A stretch of 64,000 bases of DNA, taken from contig NZ_JASLGE010000074.1 of assembly GCF_030150285.1 (NCBI RefSeq), positions 25,721 through 89,720 on the forward strand, written 5' to 3'. The stretch is from Pseudomonas sp. (lineage in GTDB: Bacteria > Pseudomonadota > Gammaproteobacteria > Pseudomonadales > Pseudomonadaceae). The notes below the pieces were generated by a model that saw only the letters and a list, made by a program, of their open reading frames with translations, was not told the DNA's origin and did no database searches. Below, one piece after another: positions 38,958-48,262 of the stretch. Every line of letters begins with the position of its first letter. The first letter of the stretch is position 1. Both the position numbers and the translations under genes were made by a program.

Positions 38958-40444
38958 ACACCGCAAAAGCGCCTAGTGCACTGAGTACCGCCACCCTAAA
39001 TGATGGGGCAAGTCTGCTTGACCAGGTGGTTGAGCAAAGCAAGATCGCCAAATCCGAGTCGGAACACCTGCGCGCTCGCGATCTCATCGCCGAGTTGGTC
39101 GCAGAGGTGATGCAGGGAACAGTGGTGGTCTCGGAAAACCTCGCTCGTAGCCTTGATGCGCGTATCGCCGAGCTGGACCGGATGCTCTCGGAGCAGCTTT
39201 CGCTGGTGATGCATGCCGCAGAATTCCAGCAACTCGAATCCAGCTGGCGTGGCTTGCACCACCTGGTTACTGAGTCGACCACCGGGGCCATGATCAAAAT
39301 CAAGGTCTTCAACGCGTCGAAGAAAGAGCTGATGCGTGACTTCAAGGCAGCCCTGGAGTTTGATCAGAGCTCGCTGTTCAAGAAGATCTACGAGGAAGAG
39401 TTTGGCACCTTCGGCGGTGCGCCTTTTGGCGCGTTGATCGGTGACTATGCGATCACTCGACAGCCTGAAGACCTGTACTTTCTGGAGCAGATGTCGCACG
39501 TCGCCGCCGCCGCCCACGCGCCCTTTATCACCGCCCCTGCACCGCAATTACTAGGTCTGGAGAGCTTTGCCGATCTGGGTCGCCCACGCGACATGGCCAA
39601 GGTGTTTGATACGGTTGAATACGCCAAATGGAAGTCGCTGCGCGACTCTGAAGATGCACGTTACGTGGGTTTGGTGTTGCCACGCTTCCTGGGTCGGCTG
39701 CCCTACAACCCGATTGACGGCATCAGCATCGACAGCTTTCCGTTCGTTGAAGATGTAGATGGTCGTGACCACTCGCGCTACCTGTGGTGTAACGCGGCTT
39801 ACGCCCACGGCGTGCGTTTGACGCAAGCCTTTGAAAACTTCGGTTGGTGTGCTGCTATCAGGGGCGTTGAGGGCGGTGGGCTGGTGGAAGGGCTACCAAC
39901 CCATACCTTCAACACCGATGACGGTGAAGTGGCGCTTAAGTGCCCGACCGAAGTGGCAATCACCGATCGCCGTGAGAAAGAGCTCAGCGACCTGGGCTTC
40001 ATTTCGCTGGTGCACTGCAAAAACACCGATTACGCCGCCTTTTTTGGTGCGCAGTCAGTGCAAAAACCGCGCAAGTACAACACCGATTCGGCCAATGCAA
40101 ACGCGCTGCTGTCTTCGCAGTTGCAGTACATATTCGCAGTGTCGCGGATCGCGCACTACCTCAAGTCCATGATGCGCGACAAGGTCGGCAGCTTTGCCTC
40201 GGTGTCCAGCGTATCGACTTTCCTCAATACCTGGATCAGCCAATACGTGCTGCTCAACGACAACGCGAGCCAAGAGGCCAAAGCCCAGTTTCCGTTGCGT
40301 GAAGCCTCTATCCAGGTCTCCGAGGTGCCCGGTCGCCCCGGTGTGTTCAGGGCGGTGGCGTTTTTACGCCCCCATTACCAACTTGACGAACTGTCGGTTT
40401 CCTTGCGCCTGGTCGCGGAATTGCCAGCCGGCGTGAAGGCATAG
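38954..40444 (+). CDS. tssC: T6SS sheath large subunit TssC
   Basis: FQQLESSWRGL, FDQSSLFKKIYEEEFG, KCPTEVAITDRRE. Confidence 0.97.
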   Translation: MNTAKAPSALSTATLNDGASLLDQVVEQSKIAKSESEHLRARDLIAELVAEVMQGTVVVSENLARSLDARIAELDRMLSEQLSLVMHAAEFQQLESSWRGLHHLVTESTTGAMIKIKVFNASKKELMRDFKAALEFDQSSLFKKIYEEEFGTFGGAPFGALIGDYAITRQPEDLYFLEQMSHVAAAAHAPFITAPAPQLLGLESFADLGRPRDMAKVFDTVEYAKWKSLRDSEDARYVGLVLPRFLGRLPYNPIDGISIDSFPFVEDVDGRDHSRYLWCNAAYAHGVRLTQAFENFGWCAAIRGVEGGGLVEGLPTHTFNTDDGEVALKCPTEVAITDRREKELSDLGFISLVHCKNTDYAAFFGAQSVQKPRKYNTDSANANALLSSQLQYIFAVSRIAHYLKSMMRDKVGSFASVSSVSTFLNTWISQYVLLNDNASQEAKAQFPLREASIQVSEVPGRPGVFRAVAFLRPHYQLDELSVSLRLVAELPAGVKA

Positions 40445-40482
40445 CTTCATCGTTGTACCCACCCTAGGAAAAGGACGAAGTA

Positions 40483-40986
40483 ATGAAAGACATCTACCTC
40501 AAAATCGGATCGCCAGATGTGAAGGGTGAGTCGCTTGATAAGGACCACGCAGATTGGTTGGAAATCGACTCTTGGGTGCATGAAATTCGCCAGCCCAAAT
40601 CGTCGACGGCCTCGTCGACAGGTGGCAATACGGCCGAGCGCTGTGAGCATGATGCGATGGCCTTCACCAAGACCATGGATGTCACCAGCCCACAGCTGTA
40701 TGAAGCCGCATCCAGCGGCACCACCTTCAAAGAAATCACTATCGAATTCTTTAAGCGTGACGGTGAGGGCAATCGCGTGAAGTACCTGGCAATCGACCTG
40801 AAAAACGCCGTGGTGGCCAGTATCGCGCCGAAAGTTATGGCGGGTCAGGAGCCGATGGAGACTTTCACTTTGAAGTATGCCGCCGTGCAATGGCGCTACA
40901 CCCAGAAAGCCAGTGGTGGTGGCCAACAAGGCAACACCCAAGGCGCATGGAGCCTGACCAAGAACGACAAATCGTTCACGGTCTGA
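40483..40986 (+). CDS. hcp: T6SS tube protein Hcp
   Basis: VKGESLDKDHADWLEIDSW; PMETFTLKYAAVQWRY. Confidence 0.96.
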   Translation: MKDIYLKIGSPDVKGESLDKDHADWLEIDSWVHEIRQPKSSTASSTGGNTAERCEHDAMAFTKTMDVTSPQLYEAASSGTTFKEITIEFFKRDGEGNRVKYLAIDLKNAVVASIAPKVMAGQEPMETFTLKYAAVQWRYTQKASGGGQQGNTQGAWSLTKNDKSFTV

Positions 40987-41095
40987 TTGACGCGTCAAAT
41001 AGGGCCATGGCGTGGTCATGGCCTCGAACGGGTTACTTCAATGCTTTCAACATGGCTCTGGGCAACTATTGCTTGGACCAAAGGACGACTTCTGC

Positions 41096-41584
41096 GTGAA
41101 AGGATACGAACCCAGCCTGCTGGAAAAACTCTTTGATGAGGCACCGCACAGTGCCGCCCAAGGCAAATTCGCCCGGCACACCCTGGACCAGTTCAAAGAG
41201 TCCGTTGCGTTGGACGTTGAGGCGTTGCTCAACAGTCGGCTGGTCATGTCGGAGGAGACGTTAAACGACTTCCCCCATTGTCAGAAGTCATTGATGACCT
41301 ACGGATTACGCGATGTTTCCAGTCGTAGTCTGGCCAGTTCCGTGGATCGCGCGTTTATTTGCAAGGCGTTGGAAAAAACCATCTCCCTGCACGAGACCCG
41401 CCTGAAGGATATCCGGGTGTCCCTGGATGAGCACCGACGCTCTTCGGGTGGCTTGCGATTCTCGATCAGCGCCATGTTGATTGTTCATCCAGCCCGCGAA
41501 CCGGTAAGTTTCGACGCGCTGTTGCAGCCCAGCACGTTGCAGTATCGCGTCAGTAAGACCCGGCGAATGGCGGTGAGTGAATAA
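41096..41584 (+). CDS. tssE: T6SS baseplate TssE
   Basis: PSLLEKLFD, DVEALLNSR, SLMTYGL, HETRL; GTG start inferred. Confidence 0.92.
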   Translation: MKGYEPSLLEKLFDEAPHSAAQGKFARHTLDQFKESVALDVEALLNSRLVMSEETLNDFPHCQKSLMTYGLRDVSSRSLASSVDRAFICKALEKTISLHETRLKDIRVSLDEHRRSSGGLRFSISAMLIVHPAREPVSFDALLQPSTLQYRVSKTRRMAVSE

Positions 41585-43417
41585 ATGCCCATGGATGATC
41601 TGCTGCCGTTTTACGAGCGAGAGCTGGCTTTTTTGCGCAGTTACTCGCGCCAGTTTTCCGAGCGTTACCCCAAAATTGCCGGGCGGCTGCTGCTGGCCGG
41701 TGATGTCAGTGAAGATCCGCATGTCGAGCGCATGATTCAGTCGTTTGCGCTGATGGGCGCACGCATCTCGAAAAAAATCGAAGACGATTACCCCGAATTT
41801 ACTGAAGCCCTGCTGCAAGTGCTGTACCCGCATTATTTACGGCCTTTTCCGGCGTGTTCAATAACGGCGTTCGATCTCGGTGATGGTGCCGGAAAACTGT
41901 CTGAATGCGTGACCTTGCCGCGCGGCACTGAACTGTTGTCGCGCCCTGTGCAGGACGTGGAATGCCGCTTTCGCACGGTGTACGACGTGACCCTAGCGCC
42001 GCTGCGTATTGCCTCGGCGCGTTTTAGCCCACTGGTCCAAGCCCCGCGCGCGGTGCAGTTGCCCCTCCAGGCCAGCGCGCAGTTGTCGATCACCTTTGAG
42101 CTCCTGTCCACTCATCGCTCCTTGGAAGAGCTGGGGTTGGATCATGTTCGCTTGTTTATCGACGGGGAGCCGTCGTTCTGCGCGGTGCTGCGTGATGTGC
42201 TGGCGCTGAATGTCGTGAAGGCTTATCTCGAATCGAACGACAGTGGGCAATGGCAGGCACGCGCCGCCTCGCCAATGAAAAGTGTCGGGTTTGCCGAAGA
42301 TGAAGCGTTGATTGATTGGCCTGCACGGGCCCATCCAGCCTACCGCTTGCTCACAGAGTTTTTCGCGTTTCCAGAAAAGTTCGGTTTTTTTGACTGCGAT
42401 GTACGCGGCACCCAAGGCCGTCGCTTCACACTGCATTTGTTACTCAGTGATGTACTCCCCGGATCCACGGCTTCACGCTTGCTGGAAGGGGTTTCCGCAG
42501 CCAATGTGCGCTTGCACTGCACGCCAGTGGTGAATCTGTTCCGACAGAGCGCACGGCCGATTTTAGTGTCACACCAGGCGGTGTCTTACAACGTGGTCGG
42601 CGACCAACAAGCCGCATCGGCGTTTGAGGTGCATGCCATCGAGTCGGTTACCCGCACCCTCGAAACGGCCGGGGGCGAGACCCTAAGTGAGATCCGCCCG
42701 TTTTATTCCTTGCACCACGGCGAATGCTTGGAACGCAACGGCCTGTACTGGGTGGCGCACAGGGATGAGGAGTTGGCGCGTAAAAGCCCAGGCCATGAGC
42801 TGCAACTGACCATTGTCGATCCCGACATGGACCCTATCACTCCAGGTAACTCGTCCTTAAGCCTGGAGCTTACCTGCAGCAATCGCAACCTCCCCGAGCA
42901 GTTGGCCTACGGTGTGCCGAGTGGTGACTTGCGAATGCCCGGCGGCTCCCTGGCGCAGCGTATTTCGCTGCTGCGAAAACCGACGGCCGCCGTGCGGTTC
43001 GCCTGCGATCGCGGTGCGCAATGGCGGTTGATTTCCCATTTGTCGCTCAACCACTTGTCGTTGGTCGAGGGTGGCGCTGGGGCGTTGCGCGAAATGTTCA
43101 AACTCTACGACTTGCAACGTTCTGCCACCACCGCTCGGCAAATCGAAGGCATCCACGCGCTGAGCCATCGTCCTGTGACGGCGTGGCTGCCTGGCAAGTA
43201 TTTCGCCAGCGTGGCACGCGGCACTGAAATACGGCTGGTGATTGATGAAGAAAGCTTTGTCGGCATCGGTCTGCACATCTTTGCCCAGGTGCTGGACCAC
43301 TTCTTCGGACTCTACGTCCACGCCAACAGCTTTACGCAGTTGGTGCTGATATCCAAACACAGCGGTGAGGAGGTCCTTCGATGCCAGCCCCGAAGCGGCG
43401 ACTCGATACTGGTGTGA
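41585..43417 (+). CDS. tssF: T6SS baseplate TssF
   Basis: YERELAFLR...YPKIAGRL...DPHVERMIQSFA; WRLISHLSLNHLSL. Confidence 0.96.
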   Translation: MPMDDLLPFYERELAFLRSYSRQFSERYPKIAGRLLLAGDVSEDPHVERMIQSFALMGARISKKIEDDYPEFTEALLQVLYPHYLRPFPACSITAFDLGDGAGKLSECVTLPRGTELLSRPVQDVECRFRTVYDVTLAPLRIASARFSPLVQAPRAVQLPLQASAQLSITFELLSTHRSLEELGLDHVRLFIDGEPSFCAVLRDVLALNVVKAYLESNDSGQWQARAASPMKSVGFAEDEALIDWPARAHPAYRLLTEFFAFPEKFGFFDCDVRGTQGRRFTLHLLLSDVLPGSTASRLLEGVSAANVRLHCTPVVNLFRQSARPILVSHQAVSYNVVGDQQAASAFEVHAIESVTRTLETAGGETLSEIRPFYSLHHGECLERNGLYWVAHRDEELARKSPGHELQLTIVDPDMDPITPGNSSLSLELTCSNRNLPEQLAYGVPSGDLRMPGGSLAQRISLLRKPTAAVRFACDRGAQWRLISHLSLNHLSLVEGGAGALREMFKLYDLQRSATTARQIEGIHALSHRPVTAWLPGKYFASVARGTEIRLVIDEESFVGIGLHIFAQVLDHFFGLYVHANSFTQLVLISKHSGEEVLRCQPRSGDSILV

Positions 43418-44463
43418 TTGCCCGGATGGTCGAGCAACCTTATCGCTATGAGTTTTTTCAGGCGGTCCGGGTGCTGGAGCATCTGTTTGTCGACCAGGGC
43501 GACCGCCCCGGCGATGTGGTGGGCAAACGACTGCAGTTCCACAACACCCTTACCCTGGGCTTTCCTGCCAGTGAAATTGAGCGGATGGAGGTGTTGGCGA
43601 AGCTCCCTGAACAGGGGCTGGAGCGTATTGAACGGTGGCAGGCCCATTTTCAAGGGCATCTGCATTCTGTGTCGCTGACGCCGGCGTTTTTTGGCCTGTT
43701 GGGCGTGCAGGGGGCGTTACCGCTGTCCTACACCGAGCGCCTGGGAGAGCGCGAAGTGGTCCATCGCGACCGGGCGGCACGCGCTTTCCTGGATATTTTC
43801 AGCAACCGCGCGACCGCGTTGTTCTGCAACGCCTGGAAGAAGTATCGCCTCGCCTTGCAGTATGAGTTGGATCGCCAAGGCCGTTTTCTGCCATTGACCC
43901 AAGCGTTGTCTGGGCAGACACAGCGCGGCCTATCTAACGGTTCCGCCCCGGGGGCAGTTTCCGACCAGGCCCTCGCGTTTTACAGCGGTGCTATCGGTCA
44001 TCGGCCGCTATCAGCAGCGTATTTACAACGTGTGCTCAGCGAATATTTCCAGGTGGCTGTACGACTTGAGCAGTTCGTTGGCGGTTGGCACTCAGTCCCC
44101 GCGACGCAACGCTCCCACCTCGGCGCGCCCGGCTTGTCGCTGGGACGTAATGCCTTGGTCGGTGGGCGTGTGTGGCAGCGCGATCTACGGTTGCGCTTGT
44201 GGATAGGCCCACTGTTACGCGAAACGTTTGATGATTTCTTGCCGGGTGCGAGCGCGGCCAAGGCATTGGCAACATGGCTGACCTTGATGGCCGGCAGTGG
44301 CCTGGAGTTTGAGGTGTGCCTGGTCTTGCGAGCTGATCAGGTGCGCGGGCTGAGCTTGTCACCGTCGGGCAGCAGACGCTTGGGCCGGGATGCATTTCTG
44401 GTCACCCAGGCGCAACACAAGGACCGTACTGATGCCCGTTACCCGATCACTCCATTGCAATGA
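43381..44463 (+). CDS. tssG: T6SS baseplate TssG
   Basis: YEFFQAVRVLE, LGFPASEI, GALPLSYTE, FLDIFSNR. Confidence 0.94.
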   Translation: MPAPKRRLDTGVIARMVEQPYRYEFFQAVRVLEHLFVDQGDRPGDVVGKRLQFHNTLTLGFPASEIERMEVLAKLPEQGLERIERWQAHFQGHLHSVSLTPAFFGLLGVQGALPLSYTERLGEREVVHRDRAARAFLDIFSNRATALFCNAWKKYRLALQYELDRQGRFLPLTQALSGQTQRGLSNGSAPGAVSDQALAFYSGAIGHRPLSAAYLQRVLSEYFQVAVRLEQFVGGWHSVPATQRSHLGAPGLSLGRNALVGGRVWQRDLRLRLWIGPLLRETFDDFLPGASAAKALATWLTLMAGSGLEFEVCLVLRADQVRGLSLSPSGSRRLGRDAFLVTQAQHKDRTDARYPITPLQ

Positions 44464-44515
44464 ACACGTGGATCGACGCTGGCGGCATACCCATGCTAAT
44501 TATCAAGGACACACG

Positions 44516-47164
44516 ATGAGCTCTTCACTGAAAACACTGATCGCCAAACTTAATGCCACCTGTCGTCAGGCGGCAGAGCAGGCTGCCAACCGCTGCCGCG
44601 CGCGTGGGCATTTTGAGGTGGAGGTTGAGCATCTGTTGTTGGCGTTGTTGGAGCAGCATCACAGTGATGTGTCGGTCATCGTAAAACGCAGCGGCTTGAG
44701 CCTGGAGAAACTGGAATCGGAGCTTAGCCAGGAACTCAACACGTTACGCGACGGCAATACCCGCACGCCGGTATTCTCGACGCAACTGCCGGTATGGCTC
44801 GAAAGCGCCTGGCTGATCGCCTCTCTTGAGGCGCAGGACGGCGCGATTCGCAGCGGTCATTTACTGCTGGCACTGCTGACACAGCCAGCCTTGGCGCAAA
44901 GGGCCACACGCATCTCGACCGTCCTGGCACAGTTGTCGCCGGATGATATCAAGGTGCATTTTGAGCGGTTCGCCGAAGGCTCCCAAAAGCAGAATGCTAC
45001 CGGCGATAGCGTAACCTCGACCGAGAGCAGTGAGAGCAGTGCTGTACGGGTTAAAACCCCGGCGCTCGACCAGTTCACCACCAGCCTGACTCAGCGCGCT
45101 CGCGATGGGCATTTGGACCCGGTTATCGGCCGCGAAACAGAGATTCGCCAGGTCATCGACATCCTGATGCGGCGTCGGCAGAACAACCCCATTCTTACCG
45201 GTGAAGCGGGCGTCGGTAAAACCGCCGTGGCGGAGGGGCTGGCCCAGGCAATCGTCGCGGGCGAGGTACCCAAGGCTCTGGTGGGCGTCGAGTTATTGGC
45301 CTTGGACATGGGTCTGTTACAGGCCGGTGCCAGTGTCAAAGGCGAGTTCGAATTGCGCTTGAAAAACGTGATTGAGGAAGTCAAACAACACCCGGTGCCC
45401 ATCATCCTGTTTATTGATGAAGCCCACACGTTGATCGGCGCAGGGGGCACGGCGGGTCAAAACGATGCCGCCAACCTGCTTAAGCCGGCACTGGCGCGCG
45501 GTGAGTTGCGTACCCTGGCGGCCACCACATGGTCTGAGTACAAGAAGTACTTTGAAAAGGACGCGGCACTGACCCGTCGCTTCCAGATGGTCAAAGTCGA
45601 TGAGCCCTCAGAGCCTGTTGCAGCGGCGATGTTGCGAGCATTGGTGCCGTTGATGGAGCAACACTTCACTGTGCGCGTGCTGGATGAAGCGGTCACCGAG
45701 GCGGTGCGCTTGTCGCATCGCTACATCAGTGCCCGGCAATTGCCGGACAAGGCCGTCAGCGTGCTGGACACGGCGTGTTCAAGGGTGGCCTTGAGCCAAG
45801 GTATGCGGCCTGCGGTGATCACGGATCTGCAAAAGCAACTCGAACAACTCGATGTTCAACAGCAAGCATTAAATCGCGAGCACGCCAGTGGTACCCAGCA
45901 CGACAAGCGATTGGCGGGCCTGCAAGCCCAGTCCGTGGCGCTGAACCAGCAGTTGGATGACGCCAACGCGCTGTGGCAGAAAGAAACGGCACTGGTCGAA
46001 CATATTACGCAACTGCGGGCCGAGTTGGAGAGAGGAACGTCGCCGACTACTGGGCGAAAAAAGGCTGCCGTATCACCGCTGCGCGTAGAGTTGGACCAAG
46101 CCCTTGCAGCCCTGGCCACCGTACAAGGCGAGCGCCCCTTGCTGCCGTTGCAGGTGGACGCCAATGTTATCGCTCAGGTGATTTGCGCCTGGACTGGCAT
46201 TCCGTTGGGCAAGATGGTCAAGGACGAAATTCGCACGGTGCGAACCTTGGGTGACGTGCTGGAAACCCGCGTAATAGGTCAGCCCCACGCCTTGGCCGCT
46301 ATAGCCCAGCGGGTGCGTACCGCCCGTGCTTATCTGGAAGACCCTGATAAACCCAAGGGCGTGTTTCTATTCGTCGGGCCTTCCGGTGTTGGCAAAACCG
46401 AAACCGCCTTGGCCCTCGCCGATGCGTTATACGGGGGTGAGCGCAAGCTGATCACGTTCAACATGAGTGAATACCAGGAAGCGCACAGTGTTTCTGGGCT
46501 CAAAGGCTCGCCGCCCGGCTATGTGGGATACGGCGAAGGTGGACAGTTAACCGAAGCCGTGCGGCGAAATCCATACAGCGTGGTGCTGCTCGATGAAGTG
46601 GAAAAGGCCCACCCGGACGTGCTCGAACTGTTCTACCAAGTCTTTGACAAAGGTGTATTGGACGATGCCGAAGGGCGTGAGATCGACTTTCGTAACACGC
46701 TGATCATCCTGACCAGCAACACCGCCTCGTCGCTGATCATGCAGGCCTGCCTCAACAAAACACCTGATGAATTGCCGGGCGTCAAACAGCTGTCGGAGTT
46801 AATTCGCCCCACGCTGTACAAGACCTTCAAGCCCGCCTTTCTCGGCCGTATGGACGTGGTGCCTTATTACCCGATCAACGATGACTCACTGGCAGCGATC
46901 ATCCGTTTGAAGCTGGAGCGAGTAGGCCGCCGTGTCGAAGCCAATCACCAGGCCGAGTTCCATTATGACGATGCGCTAGTCGAGTCACTGTTGGCGCGCT
47001 GCACTGAAGTCGACATTGGTGCCCGTGCGGTTGACCAGATCATCAATGGCAGCCTGCTTCCGGAAATCGCCGACACCGTGCTGGCACGAATGGCCGATGG
47101 GCAAGGCTTGTCACGAATCAAAGTCGGTGCCAATAAGCGCGGCTTTACCTACCAGATCAAGTGA
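44516..47164 (+). CDS. clpV: T6SS ATPase ClpV/TssH
   Basis: Two AAA modules (GEAGVGKT, GPSGVGKT), GSPPGYVGYGEGG; ATG 44516 with AAGGA RBS. Confidence 0.96.
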   Translation: MSSSLKTLIAKLNATCRQAAEQAANRCRARGHFEVEVEHLLLALLEQHHSDVSVIVKRSGLSLEKLESELSQELNTLRDGNTRTPVFSTQLPVWLESAWLIASLEAQDGAIRSGHLLLALLTQPALAQRATRISTVLAQLSPDDIKVHFERFAEGSQKQNATGDSVTSTESSESSAVRVKTPALDQFTTSLTQRARDGHLDPVIGRETEIRQVIDILMRRRQNNPILTGEAGVGKTAVAEGLAQAIVAGEVPKALVGVELLALDMGLLQAGASVKGEFELRLKNVIEEVKQHPVPIILFIDEAHTLIGAGGTAGQNDAANLLKPALARGELRTLAATTWSEYKKYFEKDAALTRRFQMVKVDEPSEPVAAAMLRALVPLMEQHFTVRVLDEAVTEAVRLSHRYISARQLPDKAVSVLDTACSRVALSQGMRPAVITDLQKQLEQLDVQQQALNREHASGTQHDKRLAGLQAQSVALNQQLDDANALWQKETALVEHITQLRAELERGTSPTTGRKKAAVSPLRVELDQALAALATVQGERPLLPLQVDANVIAQVICAWTGIPLGKMVKDEIRTVRTLGDVLETRVIGQPHALAAIAQRVRTARAYLEDPDKPKGVFLFVGPSGVGKTETALALADALYGGERKLITFNMSEYQEAHSVSGLKGSPPGYVGYGEGGQLTEAVRRNPYSVVLLDEVEKAHPDVLELFYQVFDKGVLDDAEGREIDFRNTLIILTSNTASSLIMQACLNKTPDELPGVKQLSELIRPTLYKTFKPAFLGRMDVVPYYPINDDSLAAIIRLKLERVGRRVEANHQAEFHYDDALVESLLARCTEVDIGARAVDQIINGSLLPEIADTVLARMADGQGLSRIKVGANKRGFTYQIK

Positions 47165-47186
47165 ACCCCCTTGGAAAGGATGACCT

Positions 47187-47648
47187 GTGAATAGGATTTG
47201 GGCAATTGCGTTGGGCGTAATTCTGCTTTCTGGGTGCGGAGACATTTTTGCACCGTCCGCTAAGACGGTGTGTATTAGTGGTTACAATCAAAATGATCGA
47301 AAAATACATATGTTTTGGTTGGATAATGAAAGTAAGGCAGGGTGTTGGGGGAATCCGCCGGGACGAGATGTTGATCAGGTTTATGGGGGAGGGGGAGGGT
47401 TTAATTGTGGGTGTCGTGTTACTCCTGGGAAGGAAGTTAGTTTGTATTGGGTGTTTGCTCAAAATAAAACTGAATATGCCGAAAGTGTGCCAGAAGTGCA
47501 GAAAGAGGTTCGGGTAGTAATTCCGCAGCCTGAGTCTTCAACTTCACGATATTTTCGTGCCTATTTCATGAAAGATGGTACTGCCAAACTTCAATGGGTG
47601 GATAGCATGGGGGCACCAGAGTTGTCGCCGTTTGAGGGTGGGCTGTAA
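47187..47648 (+). CDS. DUF3304-like lipoprotein, putative Tli1-type immunity
   Basis: LLSGC lipobox; ISGYN...GGGGGFNCGC; upstream of the DUF2235 gene. Confidence 0.7.
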   Translation: MNRIWAIALGVILLSGCGDIFAPSAKTVCISGYNQNDRKIHMFWLDNESKAGCWGNPPGRDVDQVYGGGGGFNCGCRVTPGKEVSLYWVFAQNKTEYAESVPEVQKEVRVVIPQPESSTSRYFRAYFMKDGTAKLQWVDSMGAPELSPFEGGL

Positions 47649-47786
47649 TAAGTGATAAAAATAATAGCATGCGCAGTTGGTTAGTGTGAGAGTAGTGTTG
47701 CTTATAATAATTTTGGCCGGCCTGAGGTTTGGTGCCGGCAGTGAGGCTTTATAGGATGTGTTCTGGATTAGCTAGGTGGAGTTGCT

Positions 47787-48262
47787 ATGGCTCGCGTTAT
47801 AGTTAGATTTTTGCTGATTATTCTATGTGGAGGGGTTTTATTTGGGTGCGAAGATAAGCCATATTTTAACTCTAGAAGCGTCTGCATTACGGGCTATAAC
47901 CAGTTCGAACGACAAGTTCACGAATTTTGGCTTGATGGTGAAAGCAATTCCGGGTGTCATGGCAATCCATCTCGCCGAGAGCTTGACCAAGTGTATGGGG
48001 GGGCTCTAAGTTTACCTGTGGATGTCGTATTACTCCTGGGAAGCAGGTCAGCTTGACTTGGAGTCTTGCACGAAGCCTGAAAGAACTTGAGGCGGGCGTC
48101 CTTAGAAAAGAATTTTCTACACAGGTAACGATTCCGCAGCCGGAGTCTTTAACGTCGCGATATTTTCGTGTGTACCTCATGACTGATGGCACCGCCAAGC
48201 TTCAGTGGATCGATAATATGGGCGCGCCAGAGTTTTTGCCAGCTGGGGTGAAGTTGCAATGA
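47787..48262 (+). pseudogene. Second DUF3304-like lipoprotein paralogue, frameshifted at a G7 tract
   Basis: Clear paralogue of 47187-47648 split into two ORFs; one extra G at 47997-48003 restores VYGGGSKFTCGCRITPGKQVSLTWS. Confidence 0.8.
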